Origin: Candidatus Heimdallarchaeota archaeon
Lineage (GTDB): Archaea; Asgardarchaeota; Wukongarchaeia; Wukongarchaeales; JBHIFL01
Direction: 5' to 3'
DNA length: 47,578 nucleotides
Assembly (NCBI GenBank): GCA_046761065.1
Contig: JBHIFL010000028.1
Span: 1-47,578 of the forward strand
Position numbers and translations under genes: made by a program. Numbering within the stretch: the stretch's first letter is position 1; every line of letters starts with the position of its first letter. Positions 9,796 through 20,729 of the stretch are shown piece after piece. The notes below the pieces were generated by a model. That model saw only the letters and a list, made by a program, of their open reading frames with translations, was not told the DNA's origin and did no database searches.

Positions 9796-10455
9796 ATGTT
9801 CGATGACTACAGTAATCTTAATAATCGCGTTATTAAGGCATTAAAAGGAACTACAACTGTCGGAGTAGTCTGTAAAGATGGAATAGTTCTGGCTACAGAT
9901 CGAAGAGCAACGGCAGGATATTTTGTTGCGTCCAAACGAGCCCAAAAGATCTTTCCTTTAGATCAACACATCGCTGCAACAATTGCCGGGCGAGTTGCAG
10001 ATGCACAGACGATCATGGATTACGCACGGGCAGAAATTAGTCTTTATCGACTCCAAGAGGGAATGTCAATACGGATTCACTCGGCGGCAAGAATGGTAGC
10101 CAATATCCTCTTCAATGCACGATACTTTCCTTATTTGCTCCAAGCAATCGTAGCTGGAGTGGATGATCTTGGCCCAAAGATGTTCAATCTAGATCCCATC
10201 GGCAGCTTAACCGAAGAAGCCTACCTAAGTACCGGTTCAGGTTCACCTATAGCCTATGGAATCCTTGAAAACAATTACAAGGAAGATATCCTCCTGAAGG
10301 AAGGATTACCACTGGCAGTTGCATCAGTCTGGGCCGCTATTGCACGCGACGCCGGAACTGGGAATGGAGTGAATGCGGTAACAATAACCACCGAGGAAGG
10401 AGTAAAAGAACTAACAGAGGAAGAAATCGCAAAGATCCCCCAAAAACTCTCTTAA
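9796..10455 (+). CDS. psmB: Proteasome beta subunit
   Basis: Short propeptide then KGTTTVG, with DRRAT and STGSGS. Confidence 0.96.
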   Translation: MFDDYSNLNNRVIKALKGTTTVGVVCKDGIVLATDRRATAGYFVASKRAQKIFPLDQHIAATIAGRVADAQTIMDYARAEISLYRLQEGMSIRIHSAARMVANILFNARYFPYLLQAIVAGVDDLGPKMFNLDPIGSLTEEAYLSTGSGSPIAYGILENNYKEDILLKEGLPLAVASVWAAIARDAGTGNGVNAVTITTEEGVKELTEEEIAKIPQKLS

Positions 10456-10599
10456 GTTGAGATCTGCTTTCATCAAGGGGACACTCAAAAGAGAGAAGTT
10501 TCCCCATTATTTATCATGAGGACAGACCCCGAAACAGAATTATTGTTACATTCTATCATGATAAGTGTCAGTAGATTGAAATAGAAGGATAGTATAAGC

Positions 10600-12516
10600 A
10601 TGGACCTAGGAGTGGTAGAAGACGACTTAAAAAAACAACTAGTGAAAAAGTTACCCGCTGAAAGCAATGTAACGCACATTACTTATGAAGGACCTTTCCT
10701 AGTGGTTTACTCCAAAAATCCCAAGGTATTAATGGAAGACGGCGAAATTGTAAAGAATTTAGCTCGTTCACTTAGAAAACGCATCCTCATCAAATCAGAC
10801 CCAGAAATCCGAATGGACAAAGAGCAAGCCGAAGCAATCATCCGTGAACTTGTCCAAGCTGATGCAGAAATCACCAATATCTCGTTTGATGATGACATGG
10901 GTGATATTATTATCGAAGCAAAGAAGCCAGGGATCGTTATCGGAAAAAACGGCGCCACACTGCGGGAGATTGTTAAAGCCGTTTTTTGGAGGCCCATAGT
11001 GGTAAGAACCCCTCCTTTGACGTCTTCACTTATCCAGAATATCCGCCGAATCCTTCAACAACACAGTGCTACGCGGCAAGCGGCACTGCTTAACATCGGC
11101 AAACGCATCCATCGACGGGAACTGAATCGGGACGGAGGGTGGTTACGTTTGACGGCACTAGGAGGCTTTCGAGAAGTTGGGAGATCCTGTGTCCTTCTCG
11201 AAACAGATGATAGTCGAGTTATGATTGATACAGGAGTAAATGTCGGGTCAAGCTCACCAACCCGTATGTTTCCACGCCTAGATCTACCAGAGGTTGAAAT
11301 CGATGAACTAGATGCCATTATTATCACCCATGCCCACCTTGATCACTCCGGGTTTGCTCCCTTCTTGTATAAGTATGGGTATCGCGGACCATTATATTGC
11401 ACGGAACCGACTCGTAACTTGATGACCCTACTCCAGATCGATTATCTAGAAGTTGCAGAACGCGAAGGGAAACTCTCCCCCTATAGTTATCGAGATATCC
11501 AAGAAGAACTCATCCATACAATCCCATTAAAGTATGGAGAGGTAACAGATATCACGCCAGATATCCGTCTGACTTTTCATAATGCAGGCCACATCTTAGG
11601 AAGCGCAATTGTTCACCTACATTTAGGGGAGGGCGTCTACAACGTTGCTTTCGCTCATGATTTTAAATATGCCAAAACACGTCTCTTGGACCCAGCAAAT
11701 AGCCGTTTTCCGCGGATTGAAACCCTAATTATGGAGAGTACGTATGGAGGACCAAGGGACTTTATGCCATCTCGAAAGGAAGCTGAACGCCAACTCACTA
11801 AAATTGTTAATGAGACTGTTAACCGAGGAGGAAAAGTACTCATTCCTGTGCTTTCTGTTGGAAGAGCCCAGGAACTTATGATTGTTTTGGATGAATATAT
11901 TCGGCGAAAGGTTATTGCAGAAGTCCCAATCTATTTAGATGGGATGATCGGCGAAGCTACTTCGATTCACACCTGCCATCCTGAATATTTGTCAGCAAAT
12001 CTTCGGGAACGAATCTTCCATGCTCACGATAACCCATTTCTGAGCGAATGGTTTGCGCAAGTAGATAACCAGAGTACGCGAGATGAAATTGCCGAATCAG
12101 GGTCTTGTGTGATAATGGCCACTTCCGGTATGTTGACTGGAGGCCCGAGTGTGGATCACTTCCGGTTACTCGCATCAGACGAGAAAAATGCTATTGTTTT
12201 TGTCTCCTATCAAGCGGATCGCACCCTTGGTCGTCGTGTACAAAATGGGGCAAAGGAAATTCAAATGACAAGTCCAGAGCAAAAGACCCAAATTGTGAGA
12301 GTGAACATGGATGTCCACACGACTGATGGTTTTAGCGGGCATTCAGACCGGCGTATGCTCTTGAACTATCTCCGCCGCATCAGCCCAAAACCGGAGAAAG
12401 TGGTTCTTGTACATGGCGAAGAAAGTAAAATCCTCGCCTTTGCAAACACAATTCGGCGTTCTATTAGATCAGAGACATTGACCCCTCGCAATCTGGAAAC
12501 TATTCGCTTAAGGTAG
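10600..12516 (+). CDS. fttA: aCPSF1 / FttA (KH-KH-MBL-beta-CASP ribonuclease, transcription termination factor)
   Basis: KH PGIVIGKNG, LGGFREVGRS, THAHLDHSG, AGHILGS, FSGHSD and C-terminal NLETIRL; next to psmB as in many archaea. Confidence 0.96.
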   Translation: MDLGVVEDDLKKQLVKKLPAESNVTHITYEGPFLVVYSKNPKVLMEDGEIVKNLARSLRKRILIKSDPEIRMDKEQAEAIIRELVQADAEITNISFDDDMGDIIIEAKKPGIVIGKNGATLREIVKAVFWRPIVVRTPPLTSSLIQNIRRILQQHSATRQAALLNIGKRIHRRELNRDGGWLRLTALGGFREVGRSCVLLETDDSRVMIDTGVNVGSSSPTRMFPRLDLPEVEIDELDAIIITHAHLDHSGFAPFLYKYGYRGPLYCTEPTRNLMTLLQIDYLEVAEREGKLSPYSYRDIQEELIHTIPLKYGEVTDITPDIRLTFHNAGHILGSAIVHLHLGEGVYNVAFAHDFKYAKTRLLDPANSRFPRIETLIMESTYGGPRDFMPSRKEAERQLTKIVNETVNRGGKVLIPVLSVGRAQELMIVLDEYIRRKVIAEVPIYLDGMIGEATSIHTCHPEYLSANLRERIFHAHDNPFLSEWFAQVDNQSTRDEIAESGSCVIMATSGMLTGGPSVDHFRLLASDEKNAIVFVSYQADRTLGRRVQNGAKEIQMTSPEQKTQIVRVNMDVHTTDGFSGHSDRRMLLNYLRRISPKPEKVVLVHGEESKILAFANTIRRSIRSETLTPRNLETIRLR

Positions 12517-12635
12517 TTTATAGAGCCAAACATTATTTTCTTTCCTCGTACTATGATACATTACATAATGTCATGAAAACTGAATAATCCCTTGTCCATA
12601 TAGAAATAAAAGCAGCATGACTTGGAGGGGCTATT

Positions 12636-13142
12636 CTGATTCGAGTCAAGCGACGTTATGAACTAAGTTCAAGTAAAATCAAGAATTTAGCCAATAGATT
12701 GCAAGAACGCTATGGATCTCAGATCCTTGACTTCATCGACCGTGCAAAAAAAGTTGAGATCCTAGAAACAAAACAAGAATTCATTTATGCCATCGATGGA
12801 AGGATCCTATTCATTGAGAAAAATAACTTGATTTTTCCGACCGTGAAAATGATACAGGAAGAGCCGAAGCAGATAAAACTCCCAGAAATTGTCGTGGATA
12901 TGGGTGCAGTCCCCTTTGTATGTCGTGGAGCAATGATTATGCGCCCCGGAATTGTAGCTTTTTGTAACACAGATCAGTTGAAAAAAGATCAAATTGTACA
13001 AGTTACAGACGAAAAAAATCGAATAGTCATTGCCATCGGGAAATTGCGAATGGATGGGACTGAAATGAAGCAAAAACAAAAAGGTCCTGCAATTGAGAAC
13101 CTTGCATGGGTTGGAGATGCTTATTGGAATTTGTCCATTTAA
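12636..13142 (+). CDS. Pre-PUA/PUA RNA-binding protein (MCT-1/Tma20-like)
   Basis: VVDMGAVPFVCRGAMIMRPGI...VGDAYW. Extended to CTG 12636 after SD GGAGGGG, giving a MIRVKRRYELSSSKIK N-terminus. Confidence 0.88.
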   Translation: MIRVKRRYELSSSKIKNLANRLQERYGSQILDFIDRAKKVEILETKQEFIYAIDGRILFIEKNNLIFPTVKMIQEEPKQIKLPEIVVDMGAVPFVCRGAMIMRPGIVAFCNTDQLKKDQIVQVTDEKNRIVIAIGKLRMDGTEMKQKQKGPAIENLAWVGDAYWNLSI

Positions 13143-13255
13143 GTTTAAAGGAGAATTTCACAGAAGATAGTATAAACATATAGGATATCGAAAAGTCTAA
13201 AAAGAAGATTCTATTCGAGAATCTAGAGAGTAAAGAAACACTATGGAGCACGAAC

Positions 13256-13504
13256 TTGATGAGTCGCCCTATGGAGCTTCTTGATAGAAGTCTAAACAAA
13301 ATCATCCTAATCCGCTTGAAAGGACAACGCGAACTTCGTGGCGTGTTGAAATCGTTTGATTCTCATCTTAATTTAATCTTAGAAATTGCTGAAGATATTG
13401 CAGCTAACGGCCAAAAGAGTAACTTAGGGACTATTTTAGTACGGGGCGATAATGTGGTATTTGTTTCACCTCCGGGGGGAGATACGAAAGCAAGTGGGGA
13501 TTAA
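13256..13504 (+). CDS. Sm/LSm protein (SmAP1-like)
   Basis: [18 protein letters not shown] and ILVRGDNV; followed by L37e. Confidence 0.95.
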   Translation: MMSRPMELLDRSLNKIILIRLKGQRELRGVLKSFDSHLNLILEIAEDIAANGQKSNLGTILVRGDNVVFVSPPGGDTKASGD

Positions 13505-13505
13505 A

Positions 13506-13694
13506 ATGACGAAAGGTACAGCTAGTTTTGGAAAAAAGCAAAAGAAGACGCATATTCGATGCCGTCGGTGTGGGCGAAGAGCATATCATGTCCGTAAGAA
13601 ACAATGTGCTGCCTGCGGCTTTGGACGAACTAAACGAATCCGAACCTATTCATGGAAAACGAAAACCCCACTGACATTACAAAGAAAAACATAA
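13506..13694 (+). CDS. rpl37e: 50S ribosomal protein L37e
   Basis: [28 protein letters not shown]; ATG at 13506. Confidence 0.96.
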   Translation: MTKGTASFGKKQKKTHIRCRRCGRRAYHVRKKQCAACGFGRTKRIRTYSWKTKTPLTLQRKT

Positions 13695-13782
13695 TAAGAA
13701 GACATAAAGAGGGGGTCACGGGGATTAATGTAGTTATGAATGAGTAATTTTACTCCAATGCCCAAATGGGATCTTGTAAGAA

Positions 13783-13888
13783 GGGCCGGTAGATCAGCCC
13801 GGAAGATCGCCTCCTTGGCATGGAGGAGGCCCGGGGTTCAAACGAAAGAAAGATGTTTTTCCTTCTGAAAATCCCCGCCGGTCCACCA
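13783..13888 (+). tRNA. tRNA-Ala(GGC) with a 29-nt intron at 59/60 (13843-13871)
   Basis: GGGCCGG/CCGGTCC acceptor with G3-U70, CCTCC-TTGGCAT-GGAGG anticodon arm, BHB TTCA AA|C...TGAA AA|T, CCA encoded. Confidence 0.95.
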
Positions 13889-13999
13889 TTTTCTCATATA
13901 ACAATCTTATATTTTCTAAATTAAATTAATGTCAGTTAGGTAAATTAGGTCTTTTATGAACAAAATCAGGTTGCTCAGTTAAATCACTTTTTCCGATTA

Positions 14000-15283
14000 T
14001 TATGATGGTTTAAATCGTAAAATCGCGGCAATTCCTCCAAAGACCCGCCACAGTTGCTCGCCTTCTTCAGTCTCTGTAGTAATTATTTCAATTTTAGTTC
14101 CGCTCATCTTTGCAAGTTCTGCAAATTCTTCTATTACAGTAATAATATGATCTTCATCCAAATGGAAGGTAGAGCTTCCACATTTTGGGCAAAGACTTCC
14201 ACTAACGTCAGTTTCCATTTGAGAAAACTCAGTTTGTGTGGTAGTTCTTTCTTCGGTATAGTCACAGTTATCACATCGGAATGGCACCTTAATTTTATCG
14301 AGTTCTGTGCTTAAAAGCAGGATCTTAACCGCTCCAAGCTCTAATAAGTGACGGACTATGAAATCGCCATATGCAACCAATCCTGTATCTTTTCCTAAAT
14401 GTTCTAGAAATTGTTGCATTAACCGCTTCTCTTGCATATAACGAAGATTGTTAAGGGTTTCTTGTGCTTTTTCTATTAGTTCTTTGATTCCCTGCTCATC
14501 TGCATATCCAGTATCGGTTATTTCTAGAAGACCTTCCCTCAGACGATAATCTAAATAGTCTTCATTCACAAACCGTTCCTTGATTGGTCCCGGTCCGCCA
14601 ATTAACAATCCTTTTATTTGGGGTTCTCCTTGTTCTTCCCTCATTATCACATAGAGGTTCCGAGCATGTTCTGCTACTCTTTTGAGAAACGAATGGATCT
14701 TTTCCTCCCGAATTCGTTGAAATCGCGCGGCAGACTGCCCTCCGGCTCTTATCTTAGAAGGTACTCCCGATTCCAGTTTTTTATTGATCTCAAGATGGTG
14801 ACCACTCAATGTGGCAAGAGTGGCCCTTCCAGCGTCAAGAACCAGCAACCCAAAAGAATCTTTTTCAACTAATTGCTCCTCAAGGTATTCGACCCTGAAT
14901 TTATTGTCACACACGTAAAGCTTTCGGGAAACGGGGTAAGGTAAATTGTCCATGTAATGATATTCCATTTTTCCCCCCTCAGTTACACCAGTAAATATTA
15001 CAAATCCCTTTTCCTTGGATTTTGCTCCTGGAAGAGTCTTCAGCCGGGTGATCAGTACATTCAAAGCTTGGACAACGTTTTTACGTGTCTTTTTCGATTT
15101 GATATTCTCTGCAGTACCTGCCTCGGACGTAAGATCATTAATGATGTCAGAGAGTTGTCGTCCTGGGGGAACATAAAGAGAAATCAAGCAAGTGCTTAAA
15201 TCATCAGATTTTTTCCGCTTCAACGTCTTTAATCGGGTACAGAACCGCCATCGATCAAAGGAATCACTCAGATTGGCTGCCAT
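14000..15283 (-). CDS. prf1: Peptide chain release factor aRF1
   Basis: NIKS, GGQSAARF and GGIAAILRF; zinc-ribbon insertion CDNC..CPKC. Confidence 0.97.
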   Translation of the reverse strand: MAANLSDSFDRWRFCTRLKTLKRKKSDDLSTCLISLYVPPGRQLSDIINDLTSEAGTAENIKSKKTRKNVVQALNVLITRLKTLPGAKSKEKGFVIFTGVTEGGKMEYHYMDNLPYPVSRKLYVCDNKFRVEYLEEQLVEKDSFGLLVLDAGRATLATLSGHHLEINKKLESGVPSKIRAGGQSAARFQRIREEKIHSFLKRVAEHARNLYVIMREEQGEPQIKGLLIGGPGPIKERFVNEDYLDYRLREGLLEITDTGYADEQGIKELIEKAQETLNNLRYMQEKRLMQQFLEHLGKDTGLVAYGDFIVRHLLELGAVKILLLSTELDKIKVPFRCDNCDYTEERTTTQTEFSQMETDVSGSLCPKCGSSTFHLDEDHIITVIEEFAELAKMSGTKIEIITTETEEGEQLWRVFGGIAAILRFKPS

Positions 15284-15561
15284 TACTCACACCAAGTCTA
15301 TCCAGTTTTTTAACGTAAAACTTCGAAAAAGGAAGGAAAAAATAATTTTTCCCCTTCCCTCCTTATCCATTAAAACTATCTTGCATCTGAACCTAACTAC
15401 AATTATGTGTTCGGATTAGGGAAGACAGAAGAGCCAAACTTACGCCTTAAGTTAACGAGAAGGATCTTATCTTCTTTCTTATCATATTTTCAAAAGATAA
15501 TCAATATATAAAAAAATTATGAGAAAGGATCATCTGCATATGAGAATAGGGTTTATTGATA

Positions 15562-15972
15562 TCACAAGACTTGGTCAAGTTTATCTTTTGCTTTTCGTAG
15601 AGAAAGTAAGAGTAGCCCAAGACGAATCTCTTTTTGGGTTACTACAGTAATCAATACGTCTTTATTAATTCTTTGCAGCACAATGAGTCCCTTTGGGCAC
15701 TTAACAATTAAAACTCTCGGATTACCTTTATCTAATTCCAGACCGACCTGTTCTCCTACACTTATAAGAGCAGCAGTCATTGCACTGAGGATTGTTTCAT
15801 CTTGACTCATGCCGAGCCGTGTTGAAGCAATAGGAAGACCTTCGGAGCTTACAAGCAAGACCGCAAGAACTTCAGGTACTTCAATCTTAATTGAATCTAG
15901 AATTTCACTTAGGAGCTTATCCTGACATGTTCGTTCCGTTCCTATTTGACTCTCCGGTGTATTAATAACCAC
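15562..15972 (-). CDS. Roadblock/LC7 domain protein
   Basis: VLAVLLVSSEGLPIAS...LSAMTAALISVGEQVGLELDKG...LGLLLL. Confidence 0.88.
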   Translation of the reverse strand: MVINTPESQIGTERTCQDKLLSEILDSIKIEVPEVLAVLLVSSEGLPIASTRLGMSQDETILSAMTAALISVGEQVGLELDKGNPRVLIVKCPKGLIVLQRINKDVLITVVTQKEIRLGLLLLSLRKAKDKLDQVL

Positions 15973-16239
15973 TGTGTCCCCCTAAGTTTCTCTTTCTTCA
16001 GCCTTATAAACCCCAATGAATTTTTTGAAATACAATTATAACGAGTAGGTATTCAACTACTCTACATGAGTGAACACACAAAAATCATAAAACTAATTCC
16101 ATAACAGTGGCAAACAATCAAATGAAGACTTTGAAAATTGTGGAGTGGTATTTTTTAAAGTGGAAGAAAACTAGAAATCTTGTTAATGTGATGTGACAAA
16201 CTAAGCAAAATTAAGAGGGTTTCTCTATTTATTTGTGAA

Positions 16240-17292
16240 ATGAACAGAAACTCACATACAGGTAGGCAATTTGTTCGCGAAGCGAGGTTCTATAAAACAT
16301 TAGTGGATGGAAGTGTCAAGTGTGGAACTTGTGAACGCCGTTGTCGGATTTATCCAAAGAAAGTTGGTTTTTGTAAGACCCGCCAGAACATCAATGGTAC
16401 CCTTTATACTCTCGTTTTTGGTCGGGTAGCGAGTTTATCAGTGAACCCAATCGAAAAAAAACCGTTATATCATTTCTATCCAGGATCTAAAGCTGTTACG
16501 CTAGGAACAAGTGGATGCTCCTTCAATTGCCCGTGGTGTCAAAATTATGAACTAAGTAGAGCAAAACCTGATGAACTAAGAGCGCAATATATAGGACCCG
16601 AGGACTTAGTGGAGTTTGCCATCAAAAACAGAATATCAGGATTATCATACAGCTTTAATGAGCCCATTTTACAACTAGAACATGCCTTAGCTGCGTTCCC
16701 TCAGGCTAAAGAAGCCAGATTATATAATACCTACGTGACAAATGGTTATATGACTCTTGAAAGCCTTGATTTACTAATAGATCACGGCTTGGATGCCATG
16801 AATATTGATATTAAAGGGGGTAGAGATGCTGTTCGAAAGTACTGTGGCGGCGATGTGGAATATGTGTGGCGGAACGCGCGCCATTCAATAGAACGAGGAG
16901 TTCATGTTGAAATCACCACTCTAATGATTCCAGGAGTCAACGATGATGAAAACTGTTTGAAAGGGATTGCTAAACGAATCAAAGAAAACCTTGGAGAGAA
17001 CACACCCTTTCATGTATCACGATATTTCCCACATTACAAATTCAATCGCCCCCCAACGTCTGTAAAAAGTCTCGAGCGAGCAAGAGAGATCGCACTTGAA
17101 GAGGGGTTGAAGTTCGTTTACATTGGCAATGTCCCAGGTCACCCCGGAGAGCATACGTATTGCCCCAGCTGCGGCAAGATGGTCATTAAACGTTATTCAT
17201 TCTATGGAACAGAGTGTAAGTTAGTAGAAAAGAGTTGTCCGAAGTGTAATGAAACGATTCCCGTGGTTGGGACATGTATGGGAAACAAATAA
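16240..17292 (+). CDS. amrS: AmmeMemoRadiSam-type radical SAM enzyme (PFL-activase-like)
   Basis: N-terminal CGTCERRC..GFC, PIEKKPLYHF, CxxxCxxC (CSFNCPWC), YIGNVPG and C-terminal CPxC pairs. Confidence 0.88.
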   Translation: MNRNSHTGRQFVREARFYKTLVDGSVKCGTCERRCRIYPKKVGFCKTRQNINGTLYTLVFGRVASLSVNPIEKKPLYHFYPGSKAVTLGTSGCSFNCPWCQNYELSRAKPDELRAQYIGPEDLVEFAIKNRISGLSYSFNEPILQLEHALAAFPQAKEARLYNTYVTNGYMTLESLDLLIDHGLDAMNIDIKGGRDAVRKYCGGDVEYVWRNARHSIERGVHVEITTLMIPGVNDDENCLKGIAKRIKENLGENTPFHVSRYFPHYKFNRPPTSVKSLERAREIALEEGLKFVYIGNVPGHPGEHTYCPSCGKMVIKRYSFYGTECKLVEKSCPKCNETIPVVGTCMGNK

Positions 17293-17904
17293 ACTTATAT
17301 AGGATTCTTTATGGAGAATAAATCCAATTAATTTGCATTGGGTATCCGAGAGGAATTGAGTGAAAGCAATTATCTAAATGGGAAAGCCACATAATTGGAT
17401 GTAAAGAAATACGAAGGGTTTTATTAAGCTGATGATACCGAGAGATCATCGTGTAAATTTTTAGTTTTTTCCATCTCTCCCTGCCACTAGATTTAAATAT
17501 ACTCTTGTTTAATTCTTTATTCTACATTGAAAATGCAAATTCTTAAAGTAAACTATAAAGATAATCCGACAAAAAGCAATATATAATATCATTTACAATT
17601 TAAGGTCATATTGATGTACTTTACGATTATAAATTGTAATTAAGATAGATGGGTTGGCGCGGGGTTTTGCCTTATTTATAACTCTGCTTATGAATAAACA
17701 CAATCGGAACAACTTGTAATGAGTCTTTGATGGATTTTATAGTCAAAAGAATGCCTTAGGAGGAATATATCTTTCAAACACATCCTTATACATACGTATC
17801 CTTACTATGGAAAATAGGAGGTAAGAATTCAAGATTATATAAGGAGTATTGTCCTTTAATTTTAGCGATATATTTCCATAAAAGAACTGGAGTGGAAGAT
17901 ATGA

Positions 17905-19677
17905 ATGATTGAGGTCGGTACTACTAAAGCAAATGGGATGAAGAGCGAGCAAAAAATCACTCTCTCAAAAAACGCTCAAAAAGTTTTAGAAAGAAGATAT
18001 TTGATAACAAATGAGGAGGGTAATGTGATTGAAACTCCAGTAGAAATGTTTCGTCGCGTGGCCAGGAACATAGCATCAGCAGATACCCTCTATGGCCATT
18101 CACAAGAAGAACTCAAACAGATAGAAGAGGAATTTTTCCAAATTATGGCTAAACTAGAATTTCTCCCTAACAGCCCAACTCTCATGAATGCTGGACGAGA
18201 GCTCCAACAGCTCTCAGCATGCTTTGTTTTGCCTATTGAAGACTCAACTGAAAGTATTTTTGATGCCGTTAAACAAGCGGCTTTGGTCCATAAATCTGGA
18301 GGGGGCACTGGGTTTTCGTTTTCACGCCTCCGCCCGAAGAATGATCGAGTTCGATCAACAGGTGGCATCGCTTCTGGACCGGTCTCCTTCATGAAGGTTT
18401 TTAATGTCAGTACAGAGGTAATCAAGCAGGGTGGGACTCGGCGAGGCGCTAACATGGCAATTCTTCGAGTAGATAATCCAGATATTTTGGAATTCATTAC
18501 TTCCAAAAAAGAAGTGGAGGCTTTCACGAACTTTAACATCTCTGTTGCGCTAACTGAGGAATTTATGAAGGCTTTAAAAGAAAATCGGGACTATGATCTC
18601 GTCAATCCCCGTACTCACGAGATTGTCAATCAATTAAACGCCAAATATGTTTGGGATATTATAATAGAGATGGCTTGGAAGACTGGTGAACCTGGAATAG
18701 TTTTCATGGATCGCATAAATGCAGCAAATCCCACCCCTTTACTTGGAGAGATTGAAGCGACGAACCCTTGTGGTGAACAACCTCTATTACCATATGAGTC
18801 ATGCAATTTGGGTTCAATTAACGTAGCGAAAATGGTACAGAAGAATGTTTATGGCGTGATGGAGATAAATTATGAGAAACTCCGGTCTGTTGTCAGGACA
18901 GCTTTACATTTTCTAGACAACGTGATCGATGTAAATGAGTACCCTCTTCCTGAAACCGAAAAAATTACTAAAGGGAATAGGAAAATCGGTTTAGGGGTCA
19001 TGGGTTTTGCAGATATGCTTATTAAGCTAGGGGTTCCCTATAATTCTCTCAAAGCAATAAAAGTAGCTAATGAATTGATGCACTTCATCTCAAGTGAAGC
19101 ACGGAAAAAATCGCAAGAACTCGCAGAAGAACGAGGGGCCTTTCCTAGTTTCAAAGGGAGTATTTACGATAAACCTGGTCATCCAGTAATGCGCAATGCA
19201 ACAGTAACAACAATTGCACCAACAGGAACGCTAAGTATAATTGCTAACTGTTCAAGTGGGATTGAACCTCTTTTTTCTGTAGCGTATATTCGAAACGTAC
19301 TGGAAAACGAGAAGCTCATAGAAGTAAATAATGTCTTTAGAAAGATCACGACAGAAAGGGGCATATACAGCGAAGAATTGATAAGAAAAGTTGTTGAAAA
19401 AAGAACCCTTCAGGATGTCGAAGGTATTCCTCAAGACATCAAAGATCTGTTTGTTACAGCCCATGAGATTTCACCCATCCATCATATTCGGATTCAAGCC
19501 GCATTTCAGAAGCATGTTGACAATGCTGTCTCAAAGACGGTCAATTTGAATTGCAACACGACGAAAAAGGATGTAAATGAAGTTTTCAATCTAGCTTATG
19601 AACTAGGCTGTAAAGGAGTCACAGTATATAGGGACGGATCGCGCCCCAATCAAGTTCTTTCAATAAATTTTAGCTAA
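17905..19677 (+). CDS. nrdJ: Class II (adenosylcobalamin-dependent) ribonucleotide reductase
   Basis: PNSPTLMNAG, QLSACF, RRGANM, TNPCGEQ, CNLGS, TIAPTGT, SKTVN and KGVTVYRDGSR; start may be 17938. Confidence 0.95.
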   Translation: MIEVGTTKANGMKSEQKITLSKNAQKVLERRYLITNEEGNVIETPVEMFRRVARNIASADTLYGHSQEELKQIEEEFFQIMAKLEFLPNSPTLMNAGRELQQLSACFVLPIEDSTESIFDAVKQAALVHKSGGGTGFSFSRLRPKNDRVRSTGGIASGPVSFMKVFNVSTEVIKQGGTRRGANMAILRVDNPDILEFITSKKEVEAFTNFNISVALTEEFMKALKENRDYDLVNPRTHEIVNQLNAKYVWDIIIEMAWKTGEPGIVFMDRINAANPTPLLGEIEATNPCGEQPLLPYESCNLGSINVAKMVQKNVYGVMEINYEKLRSVVRTALHFLDNVIDVNEYPLPETEKITKGNRKIGLGVMGFADMLIKLGVPYNSLKAIKVANELMHFISSEARKKSQELAEERGAFPSFKGSIYDKPGHPVMRNATVTTIAPTGTLSIIANCSSGIEPLFSVAYIRNVLENEKLIEVNNVFRKITTERGIYSEELIRKVVEKRTLQDVEGIPQDIKDLFVTAHEISPIHHIRIQAAFQKHVDNAVSKTVNLNCNTTKKDVNEVFNLAYELGCKGVTVYRDGSRPNQVLSINFS

Positions 19678-20088
19678 CTTTGCTGTTAAGCTCCAAAATA
19701 GATCTTAATGAAATCATTTATGAAAAGAATCACTCAATTGAGAAAATCTTATATCGGAAAGGGCAAGGACGCTTCAGGGTCCTTTAATTCCCTTCTTATG
19801 GTTTTTATCACAGGCATTATAGAGCCTTCTAGGAGTATTGGTAGAATTATATCGTCTGATAAATCGTTTACACCTATTACAAACAAGAACTCTATTGAAT
19901 GGATTAGTTGGAGACTACCATTTTCCCGATCGGGTAGCTAACTTAATCTTATCAAGTGGCTATGAGAATCCATAAAAAATCGCCACATAAAAAAGACGAA
20001 TAAAAATGTGTTTTTCCCTCGTTTATTTGCGAAATGTGTGTAAAACTTTTAAAAAAGTAAATGAAATACGAATAGGTGGAACCTCAAG

Positions 20089-20715
20089 ATGAAAATGGTT
20101 TTAGCGGCGGTACCAGGTGCGGGGAAATCAACTGTTATGCATCTTATTCAAAAAGAACTCCCAGAGATCAATATTGTAACTTTAGGGGATTTCATGTACA
20201 ACATCGCTAAGAAAGACTATGGAATACATGATCGAGATGAGATGCGAAAAAAGCTCTCCCCAACAGGATATCGTGATGTTCAGGAGAGAGCGGCTACAAA
20301 CATTTCACAATTGACAGGTGATGTTCTTATTGATACGCATTTGTCAATTAAAACAAGTTTCGGTTACTATCCCGGCCTTCCAGATGATTTGGTAAGGTTG
20401 ATCCAGCCAGATGTTATTGTCTTACTCGAATTTGAACCGAAAATCGTTTTAAATCGTCGAAAAAAGGATATAGAGTTAAATAATGAAAAGACTACGTTGA
20501 TTGGGACCGTTGTGAAACCAAGAGCTGGGAGAGAGCTTGAGAACCTGGAGGATATCGATCATCAACAACAGTTAAACAGATACTTTGCAGTTGCTGCAGC
20601 CAATGCAGCCAGATGTTCTGTTAAAATAATTGATCTTCGATTTGAGCAACATATCCCTTTTGAACATGCACAAACTGCGGCTAAGGAGCTCATTGCACTC
20701 TTTAAGAATAAATAA
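20089..20715 (+). CDS. adkA: Archaeal adenylate kinase
   Basis: AVPGAGKST, DRDEMRK and IDTH..I....GYYPGLP. Confidence 0.92.
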   Translation: MKMVLAAVPGAGKSTVMHLIQKELPEINIVTLGDFMYNIAKKDYGIHDRDEMRKKLSPTGYRDVQERAATNISQLTGDVLIDTHLSIKTSFGYYPGLPDDLVRLIQPDVIVLLEFEPKIVLNRRKKDIELNNEKTTLIGTVVKPRAGRELENLEDIDHQQQLNRYFAVAAANAARCSVKIIDLRFEQHIPFEHAQTAAKELIALFKNK

Positions 20716-20729
20716 AGATCAAGTTCCCA

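Noticed and set aside
17293-17904. Cobalamin riboswitch or ncRNA upstream of nrdJ; 10-bp inverted repeat TTACAATTTA/TAAATTGTAA at 17593-17639
   Set aside because: No B12-box consensus is visible, and the repeat is very AT-rich and plausible by chance.
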